37,048 nt of DNA from Candidatus Thorarchaeota archaeon (GCA_030638785.1 DAOWDY010000212.1:1-37048); one strand, 5' to 3'. Counted from the first letter of the stretch, positions 14,996 to 24,314 are shown. The notes: generated by a model from the sequence alone, not told the origin. A program made the numbers and translations.

Positions 14996-15418
14996 TCAAA
15001 CAAGCAGCCTTTCCAAACCGAGATCTTTTAGAACCTCAATGTAGATTGAATGAAGTGGTTTGATTTTTCCAATTAGTCCGAGCCCTTTCATAACTGACCC
15101 AGATATCTTCACCTCACCTTTAGCCATGGCAATTGACGTTCGAAGCTTGCCCTGCCAGAACTTATTGGTTACATCGGATTTGCTCCAGACTGAAATCTCA
15201 GGTTCTTCTACCGAATCAAAGCTCAGAATGCCCTGTTTACCATCAGGACCAATGTTCTTGAAGTCAATAGTCATCTGTGCGTCTGGCTCCTCTACGTCAA
15301 AACGTGCGATAATCTCTGATTTGCACAGTTTCTCATAGACATCAGGTATTGCGATTGCCCTTGGCCAGAATTCCTCAAATACTTGAACTAGTTGTTCCTT
15401 GCTCTCAAAGAATGTCAT
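14996..15418 (-). CDS. SCP2 (sterol-carrier/lipid-binding) domain protein
   Basis: 140 aa. C-terminal WQGKLRTSIAMAKGEVKISGSVMKGLGLIGKIKPL matches the SCP2 pattern. AGGAGG Shine-Dalgarno. It starts 11 nt after the upstream gene. Confidence 0.7.
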   Translation of the reverse strand: MTFFESKEQLVQVFEEFWPRAIAIPDVYEKLCKSEIIARFDVEEPDAQMTIDFKNIGPDGKQGILSFDSVEEPEISVWSKSDVTNKFWQGKLRTSIAMAKGEVKISGSVMKGLGLIGKIKPLHSIYIEVLKDLGLERLLV

Positions 15419-15429
15419 CTAATTTCCTC

Positions 15430-17016
15430 CTATTCGTTGCTCTTGTTTTTTGCTGACACATAATGAGAAGAATCGGATATCCCATTAGGATCAAAAGCTG
15501 CTTTGATTCTCCTCAGATATTTTGGATAGTCCATAGTCCGAGATGCATAGTAATCATGCACCTTGTCACCAACAATAAAGAATGGCATCCCGTAGGCTTG
15601 CTTTAGGTCTACATCGTTGCATTCATCTTGATATTCAGCATAACCTAGACAGGATTCTTTTGATGCACCATCATAGACAGTTGGCACCTCTAAATGAGCC
15701 ATATGCCCACCCTCGTATGTGGTAGTCCAAATTCCCTCACCCCTGTCATCCCCAATCACTCCTTTCTCAATGTATTTAGATTTGATAGGTTGGTTAACTT
15801 GAGCTAGCTTCACTGCCATGGCGACAGTATCCATACCTCCATGGGTGCTCTGGAAGCAGTTAGAAAATCTGAACGCATGCCCACCTAGCATGTTCCTAAT
15901 AGTTTCCGCATAGTGAGCTGAGCGAGGCGAGATGAAACCCTCCTCGATCAGATCCTCGCCTTCATACTTTTTCATTATAGTGCGAATAAGCTTGACGCGA
16001 TAGTTGTACTCTCTCTCCGTATGGGCAGCGATGAGGACAATGAAGTACCGTCGAGTCCTAGCCAAGAGACCTCCAAAAATCACTTCGATTGCCTCCATCT
16101 TTGTATCGGTGAACAATGCAGCGAGACCCTCGGACGATGAGGTTGTGGCCATCATCACTACATCATGATCACTCACCTCGTAGAAGGCAGACTCATACTG
16201 CTCCCACTCCTGGAAGTTAAGCACTATCAATTTCCAATACTTGGGGACTTCCCATTCGTACTTGGGAATTGTTCCGCTAATGTTCCAAGTCCAGTCCTTT
16301 GGTGCAGGATACGAATAGAGTTTGATAGCAGCCTTGGTGAACACACCCAATCCACCATAAGCGCCCATCCATCCTCTAATTACTCCTCTAAGGCTAAAAC
16401 CTGGACCATCCCCCGTGAACCACTTCCCGGTATGTTCATACGATCCTAGTCTGAGGATCTCACCATTTGGTGCCACCCACTCTGCGCCAAGGAGATTGCG
16501 ACCACTAAAACCAGTATATGGTGAGGTGAACCCAGGTCCAACAAACGACGTATGGCTTGCAAGAGGAGATGTCTGTGGACCAGCACCCTGCGCATGGTGC
16601 ATCAAACCATATTGGAACAACTCAGCCTGTAGCTCAGAATTCGTCACATAAGGTTCTACTACGACATAGAGATTGTTAGGATCTACTTCCACAATCCGGT
16701 TCATCCTTCGAAGGTCGATCTGTATTGCTCCGGGTTCTGACACACCGGCCCAAGGACCCATTCCGGTACTGAAAGGCTTGAAGGTCACCTTGAACTCATT
16801 ACATATCTTGACAATGGTCTGGACTTCTTCAGTGGTAGTAGGTAGAACCACTGCATCAGGTCTCTGACCAAATCGTGAGGGCTCGTCTCCTCTCTGAGCG
16901 CTTTCAATCTCATAGCCCCATTGGAACGCATAAGTATCAAGGATAGCTGGTGTACGTGTAATGTTCCTCTCACCAACAACGTCTTGGAGTCTAGAGTAGA
17001 ATTTGTCGTTTATCAT
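15430..17016 (-). CDS. FAD-binding oxidase, PCMH/FAD_binding_4 type (GlcD / D-lactate dehydrogenase / alkyl-DHAP synthase superfamily)
   Basis: VVLPTTTEEVQTIVKICNEFKVTFKPFSTGMG..., C-terminal KAAFDPNGISD. The ATG directly abuts the upstream stop, with GGAGGGAGGTGAG Shine-Dalgarno inside the upstream gene end. Confidence 0.85.
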   Translation of the reverse strand: MINDKFYSRLQDVVGERNITRTPAILDTYAFQWGYEIESAQRGDEPSRFGQRPDAVVLPTTTEEVQTIVKICNEFKVTFKPFSTGMGPWAGVSEPGAIQIDLRRMNRIVEVDPNNLYVVVEPYVTNSELQAELFQYGLMHHAQGAGPQTSPLASHTSFVGPGFTSPYTGFSGRNLLGAEWVAPNGEILRLGSYEHTGKWFTGDGPGFSLRGVIRGWMGAYGGLGVFTKAAIKLYSYPAPKDWTWNISGTIPKYEWEVPKYWKLIVLNFQEWEQYESAFYEVSDHDVVMMATTSSSEGLAALFTDTKMEAIEVIFGGLLARTRRYFIVLIAAHTEREYNYRVKLIRTIMKKYEGEDLIEEGFISPRSAHYAETIRNMLGGHAFRFSNCFQSTHGGMDTVAMAVKLAQVNQPIKSKYIEKGVIGDDRGEGIWTTTYEGGHMAHLEVPTVYDGASKESCLGYAEYQDECNDVDLKQAYGMPFFIVGDKVHDYYASRTMDYPKYLRRIKAAFDPNGISDSSHYVSAKNKSNE

Positions 17017-18288
17017 CTACTCACCTCCCTCCAGACTCATGAGCACAAGTTCCGTGAGATCGAAATACTCCATTTCAGATTCTCGATAATCCAACGAGTC
17101 TCGTATGTTAGTGGAACAGAAGGGACATACAGAAACGATTCCCTTCGCTCCTGTTTCTTCTGCCTCCTGGACTCGTTCAGTTGCTGTCCAGAGTGCAAAG
17201 TCCGGAAAGCCTGCTTTGACTCCTCCCCCTGCACCGCAGCAGTAGCTATATTCACATATCCGCTCCATTTCAATAAGCTCAATCCCAGGTATCTGCTTCA
17301 GAACATTGCGCGGAGGGTCATATATTCCACCAGCACCTAGCCTCTCTGGCTTAGGTGGATCCCACATATAGACCTGAGATAGAATCTCAACCTTTTCACC
17401 CTCGTAGGGTTCATAGGGTTCTGACATGCGTCCAAGATGACAAGGATCATGATATGTGACTTTCATTGGCACTTCATTTGTCAATTTTAATCTACCATCA
17501 GAGAGCATCGTTTCCAAGAGTTGTGAAATATGAACGACCTCAAAGGAGGTCTCTACATATCGAGGATATTCCGTCCGGAGCATATTGAAGCATCCTGAGC
17601 AGCTTGTTATTATTCGCTCCACGCCTTTACTTTTGAATAACTCAACATTGCTCTTCATTATCTCGATTGCTTTCTCTCTATCACCAACTCGATAAACAGG
17701 ACTACCACAACAGAACTCATCAGTTCCAAGAATTCGGAAATTCTCGTTTCCAGCATTCAGCACTTTGGCTGTGGAGAGAGCAATTTCCTCTCGACGATAT
17801 GCAGCGGTACAACCGACAAAGAATATCGTGTTTGAATCTTCATCCAGTTTGATATCATCTTCTATCCAAGCTGGACGTTTTTCAGAGGGTTCACCATAGG
17901 GGTTTTGATAACGCTCAACAAGTTCGATGTATTTCTTATGTTTAGGTAATGGTCCTGCTCCAGACTCAACTGCCTTCACACGAAGCTCATGAATGACCTC
18001 GTTTGGTTCTAGGTCATATACCCACTTGCACGAAACCTCGCAGCCGCCACAATTCGTACAGCTATACAACACATCAAGCATCTCAGGAGTGAATTCGATC
18101 CTGCCCTTCTGAAGAGCATTCGCCATTATCATTCGACCGCCACCAGAATACGCATGGAAGTTGAAGTACTCAATTGAGGGACAGATATGCGAGAAGCGTT
18201 TGCTCTTAATCTGCAGTTGCGGGAGGAACTTGCACTTGGAACACCTTACACATCCATCCATCATTTCTTCATAATTCTCAAGAGTCAT
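17017..18288 (-). CDS. Fe-S oxidoreductase subunit with two 4Fe-4S motifs and two CCG domains (GlcF/GlpC/HdrD-like)
   Basis: CVRCSKCKF...ICP, CTNCGGCEVSC, FFVGCTAAY, CCGSPV, YHDPCHLGR, CCGAGGG. It overlaps the upstream gene by 4 nt. Confidence 0.85.
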   Translation of the reverse strand: MTLENYEEMMDGCVRCSKCKFLPQLQIKSKRFSHICPSIEYFNFHAYSGGGRMIMANALQKGRIEFTPEMLDVLYSCTNCGGCEVSCKWVYDLEPNEVIHELRVKAVESGAGPLPKHKKYIELVERYQNPYGEPSEKRPAWIEDDIKLDEDSNTIFFVGCTAAYRREEIALSTAKVLNAGNENFRILGTDEFCCGSPVYRVGDREKAIEIMKSNVELFKSKGVERIITSCSGCFNMLRTEYPRYVETSFEVVHISQLLETMLSDGRLKLTNEVPMKVTYHDPCHLGRMSEPYEPYEGEKVEILSQVYMWDPPKPERLGAGGIYDPPRNVLKQIPGIELIEMERICEYSYCCGAGGGVKAGFPDFALWTATERVQEAEETGAKGIVSVCPFCSTNIRDSLDYRESEMEYFDLTELVLMSLEGGE

Positions 18289-19751
18289 TTGAACACCTCC
18301 TCAAAGCAGAGATTTCCAGGACTCAACACATTGTTGGGATCAAAGATTCTCTTCACACGATTCATCGCATTTAGGACCTCTGGAGAGGATCGCGAGTATA
18401 CAGATTCTCGGATTGTAACAGGAGGTCTTGAGAAGAAGGCTCCAGCATCCATGAGTTGTTCAGTTCCGGCCGCTACGAGCTTTTCCATATTGATGATGTC
18501 TTCCTCAACTTTTGGATTATAGAAGATATCAAAGTAACAATTGGTGTTGACTCCTTGAACCGTAGGTTGGACATATGCTCCAATTCGACTACGTCCTATG
18601 CCAGCTGCTTCAGCCTCTTCTAAGAATATGTCATAGAGGCTTGGTATCATATCAAGAGTCGAGGTGAAGTAGACCTCTCTGCATCCCCCATAGGGTGTTA
18701 GCTTCCAGTATGGTTCTGTGCTTGGCGTGTTCAACAAGCTGTGAACAGCATCACCAGTTATACTTCCAATTGTTGTTTCCAGAAAAACCCCTGTTTCTGA
18801 TGCGATATCATTTGTGTCGCCAAGACGATAATCAAACTCTTCCTGTGCAAGAGGACCATGACCTGATAGTCCCACCACAAGAGTCCATACTGGGAGTGAG
18901 TCTGAAGTATCTACTCCCAACATGGCGGATAAACATCGTGCGTTGAGAACAAAGTGTTCGTCAGCAAGTCTTCGTTTCAATAACGCGTAATTGAATTTCT
19001 GTAATGATTCCAGGGTTTCAGAACCAGCGAGATAGACTCTATGAACCTCAGGGGCAACTTCACACTTCACGGTAATCCAAGTCACTATTCCTATTGTACC
19101 TTGAGACCCTTGTACTAGTCTGAAGGGATCGAACTGAGATGGTCCCATCGGATTCTTCTGAGCTTGCCCTGAAGCCCATTGTTCCTCAAGACTTCCAGGA
19201 CCAGATGCAGATCCAGTCCTAAGCATTTCACCTGTACCAAAGATTGTTTCAGTGCAGAGAAGAGGGTCAGATGCGTCCCAATGGAATCTAGGAATCGTGG
19301 TTGGTTCTCGATCTAAACAGCTTGTCAATACTGATTGAGAAGCTTTAGGCATGAGAGGCATTAGAGGTCTAAGACCTGCTTTCCTCAGTTCAGGAAGAAA
19401 CTGAGAAAATGTCACACCGGGCTCAACCATTGCTACCTTGTTCTTTGAATCAACCCGGATTATGCGATTCATCCTTCCCAAATCGAGAATGACCGTTCCT
19501 TTAACTTTGGGAGTGCTAGTTCCACTCATTCGAGGTACACCTGAGCTAATCGGAATCAATGAGAAGAATTTCGTGTTGGCTAGCTCAACAATCTGAGATA
19601 CATCCTCAGCAGACGATGGCCAGACAATCAATGAAGGGTGTGTTCTATCATCCTCTTGATTGCTTGAGAATTGTTCTAGCAATTCCTGTTTATCGGTTAC
19701 TCGATCAGGTCCGACAATCTTCGACAAATCATTGTGTATCGAGGTATTCAC
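18285..19751 (-). CDS. FAD-binding oxidase, PCMH/FAD_binding_4 type (second paralogous subunit)
   Basis: LIVWPSSAEDVSQIVELANTKFFSLIPISSG..., C-terminal KRIFDPNNVLSPGNL. Confidence 0.85.
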   Translation of the reverse strand: MNTSIHNDLSKIVGPDRVTDKQELLEQFSSNQEDDRTHPSLIVWPSSAEDVSQIVELANTKFFSLIPISSGVPRMSGTSTPKVKGTVILDLGRMNRIIRVDSKNKVAMVEPGVTFSQFLPELRKAGLRPLMPLMPKASQSVLTSCLDREPTTIPRFHWDASDPLLCTETIFGTGEMLRTGSASGPGSLEEQWASGQAQKNPMGPSQFDPFRLVQGSQGTIGIVTWITVKCEVAPEVHRVYLAGSETLESLQKFNYALLKRRLADEHFVLNARCLSAMLGVDTSDSLPVWTLVVGLSGHGPLAQEEFDYRLGDTNDIASETGVFLETTIGSITGDAVHSLLNTPSTEPYWKLTPYGGCREVYFTSTLDMIPSLYDIFLEEAEAAGIGRSRIGAYVQPTVQGVNTNCYFDIFYNPKVEEDIINMEKLVAAGTEQLMDAGAFFSRPPVTIRESVYSRSSPEVLNAMNRVKRIFDPNNVLSPGNLCFEEVFK

Positions 19752-19769
19752 TATGCATTCACCTATGGT

Positions 19770-20039
19770 TTATCCTTTTTCAAAAACTACGCCGGTGCCA
19801 CCTGCAGGATATTGGAAATCTATCGCTCCAGGCTCACACACTTGGTAACATGCTGCACATTCAAGGCACTTTGACTGATAATCATCTACTATGTAGACAT
19901 GGTCTTTCTTCTTCTTCCAGAGATTAGCTACGCAGATGATAAGACAGCGTTCACACATTGTACATTTTTCCTTGTCAATGCTAATGAAATCCCCAGTTCC
20001 CGGAATTCTCTTCACGAGATCATTGATTCTGATATCCAT
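19770..20039 (-). CDS. FixX-type ferredoxin-like protein
   Basis: 89 aa from ATG 20039: CTMCERCLIICVAN...CLECAACYQVCEPGAIDFQYPAGGTGVVFEKG, with the FixX-like ending (YP.GG.GV.F..G). The start lies 4 nt after the upstream stop. Confidence 0.8.
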   Translation of the reverse strand: MDIRINDLVKRIPGTGDFISIDKEKCTMCERCLIICVANLWKKKKDHVYIVDDYQSKCLECAACYQVCEPGAIDFQYPAGGTGVVFEKG

Positions 20040-20043
20040 TGAA

Positions 20044-21456
20044 TCATTCCTCCTCATCATCTGCAGACATGAATGCTTGAGCGAGTGCCAGTTCAACTTC
20101 GGGCATTGCCGCAAGCAATTTCTCCGGATTTGTTACTAAATCCATTTTCTCTTCACCCAGACTTGCAGTCAGTAAAGGCAAGATTTCTTTCATCAGCATG
20201 GGAATGATTTTGGGCAGGTATCCCTTAATCGTTCTAGCAACCTGCCTGATTCGTTTCGGATGAGGTTCCGACCAATCAATTATTCCCCCTAAAACTTCAG
20301 AGACGAGAGGAACAATCCAGGACATATTTTCTCTAGGACTGAACGGAAGAGCCTTCCATATACTATAGAGTTCTGAACCTGCTTCAAAATCCTCACCGAC
20401 ACTTGTTTTCTTCCAAGCAGTATCATACCTTGAGAGGAACTCTATGGAAGTATCCCCTTCAGATATTGCTTCTGCCGCTACTTCTGCTGCAGCCCTTCCA
20501 GTAATCATTGCAGGATACATCCCTTCTGCTTCAAGAGGACAGGGGAATCCTCCTGCATCACCAATCAACATGACATTGTCAGTGTGAGTATCATATGGCT
20601 CTCCCTGCCATGGCAACAAGTGTGATTGAAATTCTCGTGGCTTAGCATCCAGAATACGAACAAGTCTTTGGAAATACTTCAGCTTGATACAACGGTTGAG
20701 ATAGTGTAGTGGATTCTTATCCCACCATGACATCCAATTTCCAAACCCGATATGAAACCCATCATTGAAGAATACTTGATATGCTGCTGGAAAGACAGCA
20801 GACCACCAAACAGCAAGTGTTTCATCTCCCATGATATCGTCAATCTTCTTAGGTGAAACCTCGAAGTCATATTGGATAGTAATCGTGACTTGTTTTTGCG
20901 CCCATTTTGATCGAAGCCCACTCTCTCGTGCAACTGTTGAGATTACGCCATCTGCACCTATGACAATCCCTCTGTACTTCTCTCCTTTTTCGTCAATGAC
21001 ACCTACTACCTTGCCATCCTCTTTTAGTAGACCAACAATGAGTGTAGAGGTCTTCAGTTCCGCTCCTGCATCTGTCGCGAACTTAGCTAACCATGGATCA
21101 AATTCACTTCTGTAGATATTCATGGTAATGAAGCTCTTCGCAGGTTCATAATTCACAGAGGAAGTAGGTCTTGTCATTATGTAACTCGCAACTTCATCAT
21201 TGGAATCTACAAAATAATGACGTGCAGCTGTCCCTGCTCTCATTGAGGGGCATACGTCTGGGGACAGCTCTTTCATGATATCAAAATCGAGCCACATCCT
21301 TGGACCTAATCCAGACCCAGAAGAATTCTTTTCTCCAGGCTTTCGTCCACGTTCGAAGAATATGGTCTTGAGACCACTCTCTGCGGCCTCTTTCGCTGCA
21401 GTAGAACCACCAGGGCCAGCTCCAACAATCACCACATCGTAATTGTGTATACTCAT
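20044..21456 (-). CDS. FAD-dependent oxidoreductase of the FixC / geranylgeranyl-reductase family
   Basis: YDVVIVGAGPGGSTAAKEAAESGLKTIFFERG, GEKNSSGSGL, VWWSAVFP...IGFG, IGDAGGF. There is a ~90-aa C-terminal extension. Confidence 0.8.
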   Translation of the reverse strand: MSIHNYDVVIVGAGPGGSTAAKEAAESGLKTIFFERGRKPGEKNSSGSGLGPRMWLDFDIMKELSPDVCPSMRAGTAARHYFVDSNDEVASYIMTRPTSSVNYEPAKSFITMNIYRSEFDPWLAKFATDAGAELKTSTLIVGLLKEDGKVVGVIDEKGEKYRGIVIGADGVISTVARESGLRSKWAQKQVTITIQYDFEVSPKKIDDIMGDETLAVWWSAVFPAAYQVFFNDGFHIGFGNWMSWWDKNPLHYLNRCIKLKYFQRLVRILDAKPREFQSHLLPWQGEPYDTHTDNVMLIGDAGGFPCPLEAEGMYPAMITGRAAAEVAAEAISEGDTSIEFLSRYDTAWKKTSVGEDFEAGSELYSIWKALPFSPRENMSWIVPLVSEVLGGIIDWSEPHPKRIRQVARTIKGYLPKIIPMLMKEILPLLTASLGEEKMDLVTNPEKLLAAMPEVELALAQAFMSADDEEE

Positions 21457-21467
21457 TCTAACACCTT

Positions 21468-22022
21468 CTAACTTTCATTAGTTTCTTCTGAGTCAATCAA
21501 ACGTATTTCATTCTTAATCACTTTGAGTTTGTCAAGAAGAACTCGTTTTCGATTCTCTAGGAGATACCTTCGAGATTCTAAATCAGGAATACTTTTCATC
21601 GCGTCAAGAATAGTCCTCTCAGGAATAATATCATCAATCCCAAATTCATAAAGGCTCATCAGAAGACTCTCAGTAAAATCAGCAGGTAGTCTTTCAACTG
21701 CTACTGACATGAATTGATAGTTAAAGAGAACGTAGTCTCTGACGAGCTCTTTATGATCCTGTACTAAATCCTTGCCGCTCTTCGTCATTTTGTAATAGGT
21801 TGTGTCTTTGATTTCTGTTTCTGAAATTAGACCTTTCTTAACAAGAGTCTTCAAAGCTGGATACACAGTTCCGGTTTTTGGAACCCATACGTCTTCAAAG
21901 GCTTCCCTGAGGTTTTTGAGTATCTCGTACCCATACTTTGGACCTTCTAGTAATTGAATGAAAATCAACAACTGCATGGGGGTGATCTTTCCACCAGTTG
22001 GAAGAAATGGTCTGATACTCAT
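21468..22022 (-). CDS. PadR-family transcriptional regulator
   Basis: LLEGPKYGYEILKNLREAFEDVWVPKTGTVYPALKTLVKKGLI winged-helix signature, followed by a C-terminal helical domain. It is the first gene of the minus-strand operon. Confidence 0.8.
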   Translation of the reverse strand: MSIRPFLPTGGKITPMQLLIFIQLLEGPKYGYEILKNLREAFEDVWVPKTGTVYPALKTLVKKGLISETEIKDTTYYKMTKSGKDLVQDHKELVRDYVLFNYQFMSVAVERLPADFTESLLMSLYEFGIDDIIPERTILDAMKSIPDLESRRYLLENRKRVLLDKLKVIKNEIRLIDSEETNES

Positions 22023-22034
22023 TTAACATATCTC

Positions 22035-22071
22035 ACTAGGTAGAGTTCTACTGCGTTGTATTCTACCTAGT
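22035..22071. promoter_or_regulatory. 10-bp inverted repeat just upstream of padR (operator candidate)
   Basis: ACTAGGTAGA (22035-22044) and TCTACCTAGT (22062-22071) are exact reverse complements with a 17-nt spacer, 13-49 nt from the padR ATG. Confidence 0.35.
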
Positions 22072-22417
22072 ATTAAGTATGCAGGTTCAGATTGAGAATT
22101 TCATCGACAGACTTCGATGTCAGTTGATATCATTCGACAGAAGTCAGGGGCCACTTTGTAACGTAGCACGTAACGCATCTTTATACCCAATTAAACGAAG
22201 GCTATTATCGCGAATAGTATTCGCAACATCTCTATCTCCTTGCTTAATGAAGCAAACCCGGAGCAATCGAAAGGAACTTCACCCGTGATGAAAAAGATCT
22301 CCTTATCTTTTCCTTAGATTGCGCCGGGGCCTTTTTTTCATGGTCTCTAATCTCTCTGAAAATCCGAGCTATTAGGATATCTATATTGTTTCATATTATA
22401 TTATATGAGGATAAGAA

Positions 22418-22861
22418 TTGTCGAGTGGAGATGTCAAGGGACTCATTGATTCGAGTGAAACTGAGAATGTCAAAGTAATCGGAACTTGTCCATGTTTTAG
22501 TTCAATAGATGGGAAGCCTGTGTGTCTAAATGGAGATACCATAGAGGATATTGATGCACTTGGAGTTCATCCAGAAATCATAGAATCATCTAACGGTTTT
22601 TCATCATGGCAGGAAGATGGTCACCTACCACTTTGTCATAAAGCGGTCCACGTAAATGGATCAGACGAAGCAGTCACCTGTGTAACAAGACAGATACCGA
22701 TTAGAATCCGGAAAAGAAATCTAACCAAGAGCGATCTCTCAGAGGCGCTTGAGCTCTTCCCGTCCGACATGTTCTCATCAGAGCAAGAGTTGTGTACAGA
22801 ATGCCTCTACAATGTAATAGCCGCAACCTACGAAGAAGATGACTCAAATTCATCAATGTGA
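22418..22861 (+). CDS. Hypothetical Cys-containing acidic protein
   Basis: 147-aa ORF that can only start at TTG 22418. GAGGA lies ~8 nt upstream. I recognise no domain. Confidence 0.45.
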   Translation: MSSGDVKGLIDSSETENVKVIGTCPCFSSIDGKPVCLNGDTIEDIDALGVHPEIIESSNGFSSWQEDGHLPLCHKAVHVNGSDEAVTCVTRQIPIRIRKRNLTKSDLSEALELFPSDMFSSEQELCTECLYNVIAATYEEDDSNSSM

Positions 22862-22959
22862 TCCTTCGAGATTGTTTATCTTTAAAAAAGAACCAATGTT
22901 GCGCCAATTACACTCCTTAAATTAGATTATTCCATAATGAATTAGCTAGGAGATGAAAC

Positions 22960-23751
22960 ATGTCGTTCTTGAAAAACAAGATTGCGATGGGAGCGATCCT
23001 TGTGGCGCTTATTGGTGTTGGTTCTTTGGGGGTCCTCTTAGCCCTGAATACACCTGTTGAAGATAATTCAATTAGAATTACATTGCTGGATAATGCAGGT
23101 GTAATGATTGAAGCTGAAGGGTTGCGCATCTATATTGATCCGTACAACCTTCCGGACAATCAGACAGATTTACCAGCTGATGCAATTCTGGTTACTCATC
23201 CTCACGGTGACCACTATCACTTCGGTGCGATAGAAAAGATCGCTACAGATGATACGATTTTCATATTCCCAGAGAATATGTCAACTGAAATCGACCGTCA
23301 TGATGGAGTAGGTGTAAATCCAGGTGACACTGTGGAGATCGGAAGCATCACAGTCACAGCATTTTGGATGTATACATTCCCGCCTGAAGGTACCGACTTC
23401 GAAGCAACACATCCGGTTGAAGCAAATTGGACGAGCTATATCCTTGACATAAATGGATTCAGAATCTTCCATGCAGGAGACTCGAAGTGTATTGACGAGT
23501 ACGAACAGCTGAGTGGTACCATAGATATTGCATTTCTCCCTCTTGGTCCAGGTTGTCAGACCATGTGCGATACCGAGGTTGTTGACGCCCTTGAGATGAT
23601 TGAACCTGAAATATTCATTCCAATACATTACGGGGAGGGAGCGGAAGACAGTTTTGAATCAGTCTATGGTGGACAAGTTGAGAACATGGGAATCGAACTC
23701 ATGATTCTTGCTTACTGGGAATCCACTATCTTTGAATCGGAAACAGTATAG
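22960..23751 (+). CDS. MBL-fold metallo-hydrolase with N-terminal signal anchor
   Basis: ILVTHPHGDHYH (HxHxDH), FHAGDS, PIHYG. The N-terminus is KNKIAMGAILVALIGVGSLGVLLAL. Confidence 0.85.
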   Translation: MSFLKNKIAMGAILVALIGVGSLGVLLALNTPVEDNSIRITLLDNAGVMIEAEGLRIYIDPYNLPDNQTDLPADAILVTHPHGDHYHFGAIEKIATDDTIFIFPENMSTEIDRHDGVGVNPGDTVEIGSITVTAFWMYTFPPEGTDFEATHPVEANWTSYILDINGFRIFHAGDSKCIDEYEQLSGTIDIAFLPLGPGCQTMCDTEVVDALEMIEPEIFIPIHYGEGAEDSFESVYGGQVENMGIELMILAYWESTIFESETV

Positions 23752-23791
23752 AATAAGTCACAAAATACAATAATCTAGTAATGGCGAAATT

Positions 23792-23810
23792 GAGGGGGTC
23801 TCCCCCCCTC
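23792..23810. terminator. G/C hairpin between convergent genes
   Basis: GAGGGGG-TCTCC-CCCCCTC, between the MBL stop (23751) and the RHH gene stop (23817). Confidence 0.4.
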
Positions 23811-23816
23811 ACCACA

Positions 23817-24194
23817 CTATCTAGTCTTCTCCTCAAATGCCTCGAAAGCAAGCCTCTTGGCTTTCTCTTTCATTTCGGCGATATTTCGGCCAATCTCCCT
23901 CACATCTTCATACATATCCATCTGAGCGGAGATGCCCCTCTCAACATAAGCAGAAACAGCAGCAGATCGACTCTTGAACACCTCAAGTTCAACGAGAGCG
24001 TCAAGAATCTCGACAATAGATGAACTCAAGCGAGTCATCACATGGACTTCTCTTTTCTTTAATTCAAACTCCTCGGAATAGAGTTCCCCGAGGATGCGTT
24101 CTTTGAGGGTGACTTGCCCAGTACCACCCTTTGGTTTTGGTTTCTTATCAGACACGGTACGTTCCCCACAGTCTTGTGTGTTACATGAATACAT
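23817..24194 (-). CDS. Ribbon-helix-helix (CopG/Arc/MetJ-like) DNA-binding protein
   Basis: HVMTRLSSSIVEILDALVELEVFKSRSAAVSAYVERGI fits the strand-helix-helix pattern (..SRS..). Flanked by a basic N-terminal tail and a helical C-terminus. ATG at 24194 (TTG at 24200 also in frame). Confidence 0.5.
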   Translation of the reverse strand: MYSCNTQDCGERTVSDKKPKPKGGTGQVTLKERILGELYSEEFELKKREVHVMTRLSSSIVEILDALVELEVFKSRSAAVSAYVERGISAQMDMYEDVREIGRNIAEMKEKAKRLAFEAFEEKTR

Positions 24195-24314
24195 TATCAA
24201 TGACCTATTTATATATTTTGTATTGGTATAATATTAAACAATATATATATAAGGTGTCAGAGGTAATACTATTACTAGTAAGGGTTCCAGTTTGGAATCT
24301 AAGAGGGATATAAA

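Noticed and set aside
15060-21115. Numerous 60-140 aa plus-strand and alternative-frame ORFs inside the minus-strand redox operon (e.g. 16921-17340, 18187-18522, 19559-19927, 20831-21115)
   Set aside because: All are embedded in strongly supported minus-strand genes and lack Shine-Dalgarno motifs and domain signatures.
22079-22288. 69-aa ORF in the padR upstream gap
   Set aside because: There is no Shine-Dalgarno motif, the composition is not protein-like, and it overlaps hairpin-rich sequence. It is more likely non-coding (see the small-RNA candidate).
22285-22357. C/D-box sRNA (GTGATGA at 22285, CTGA at about 22354)
   Set aside because: No internal D' or C' boxes and no terminal stem. The box-like strings are short enough to occur by chance.
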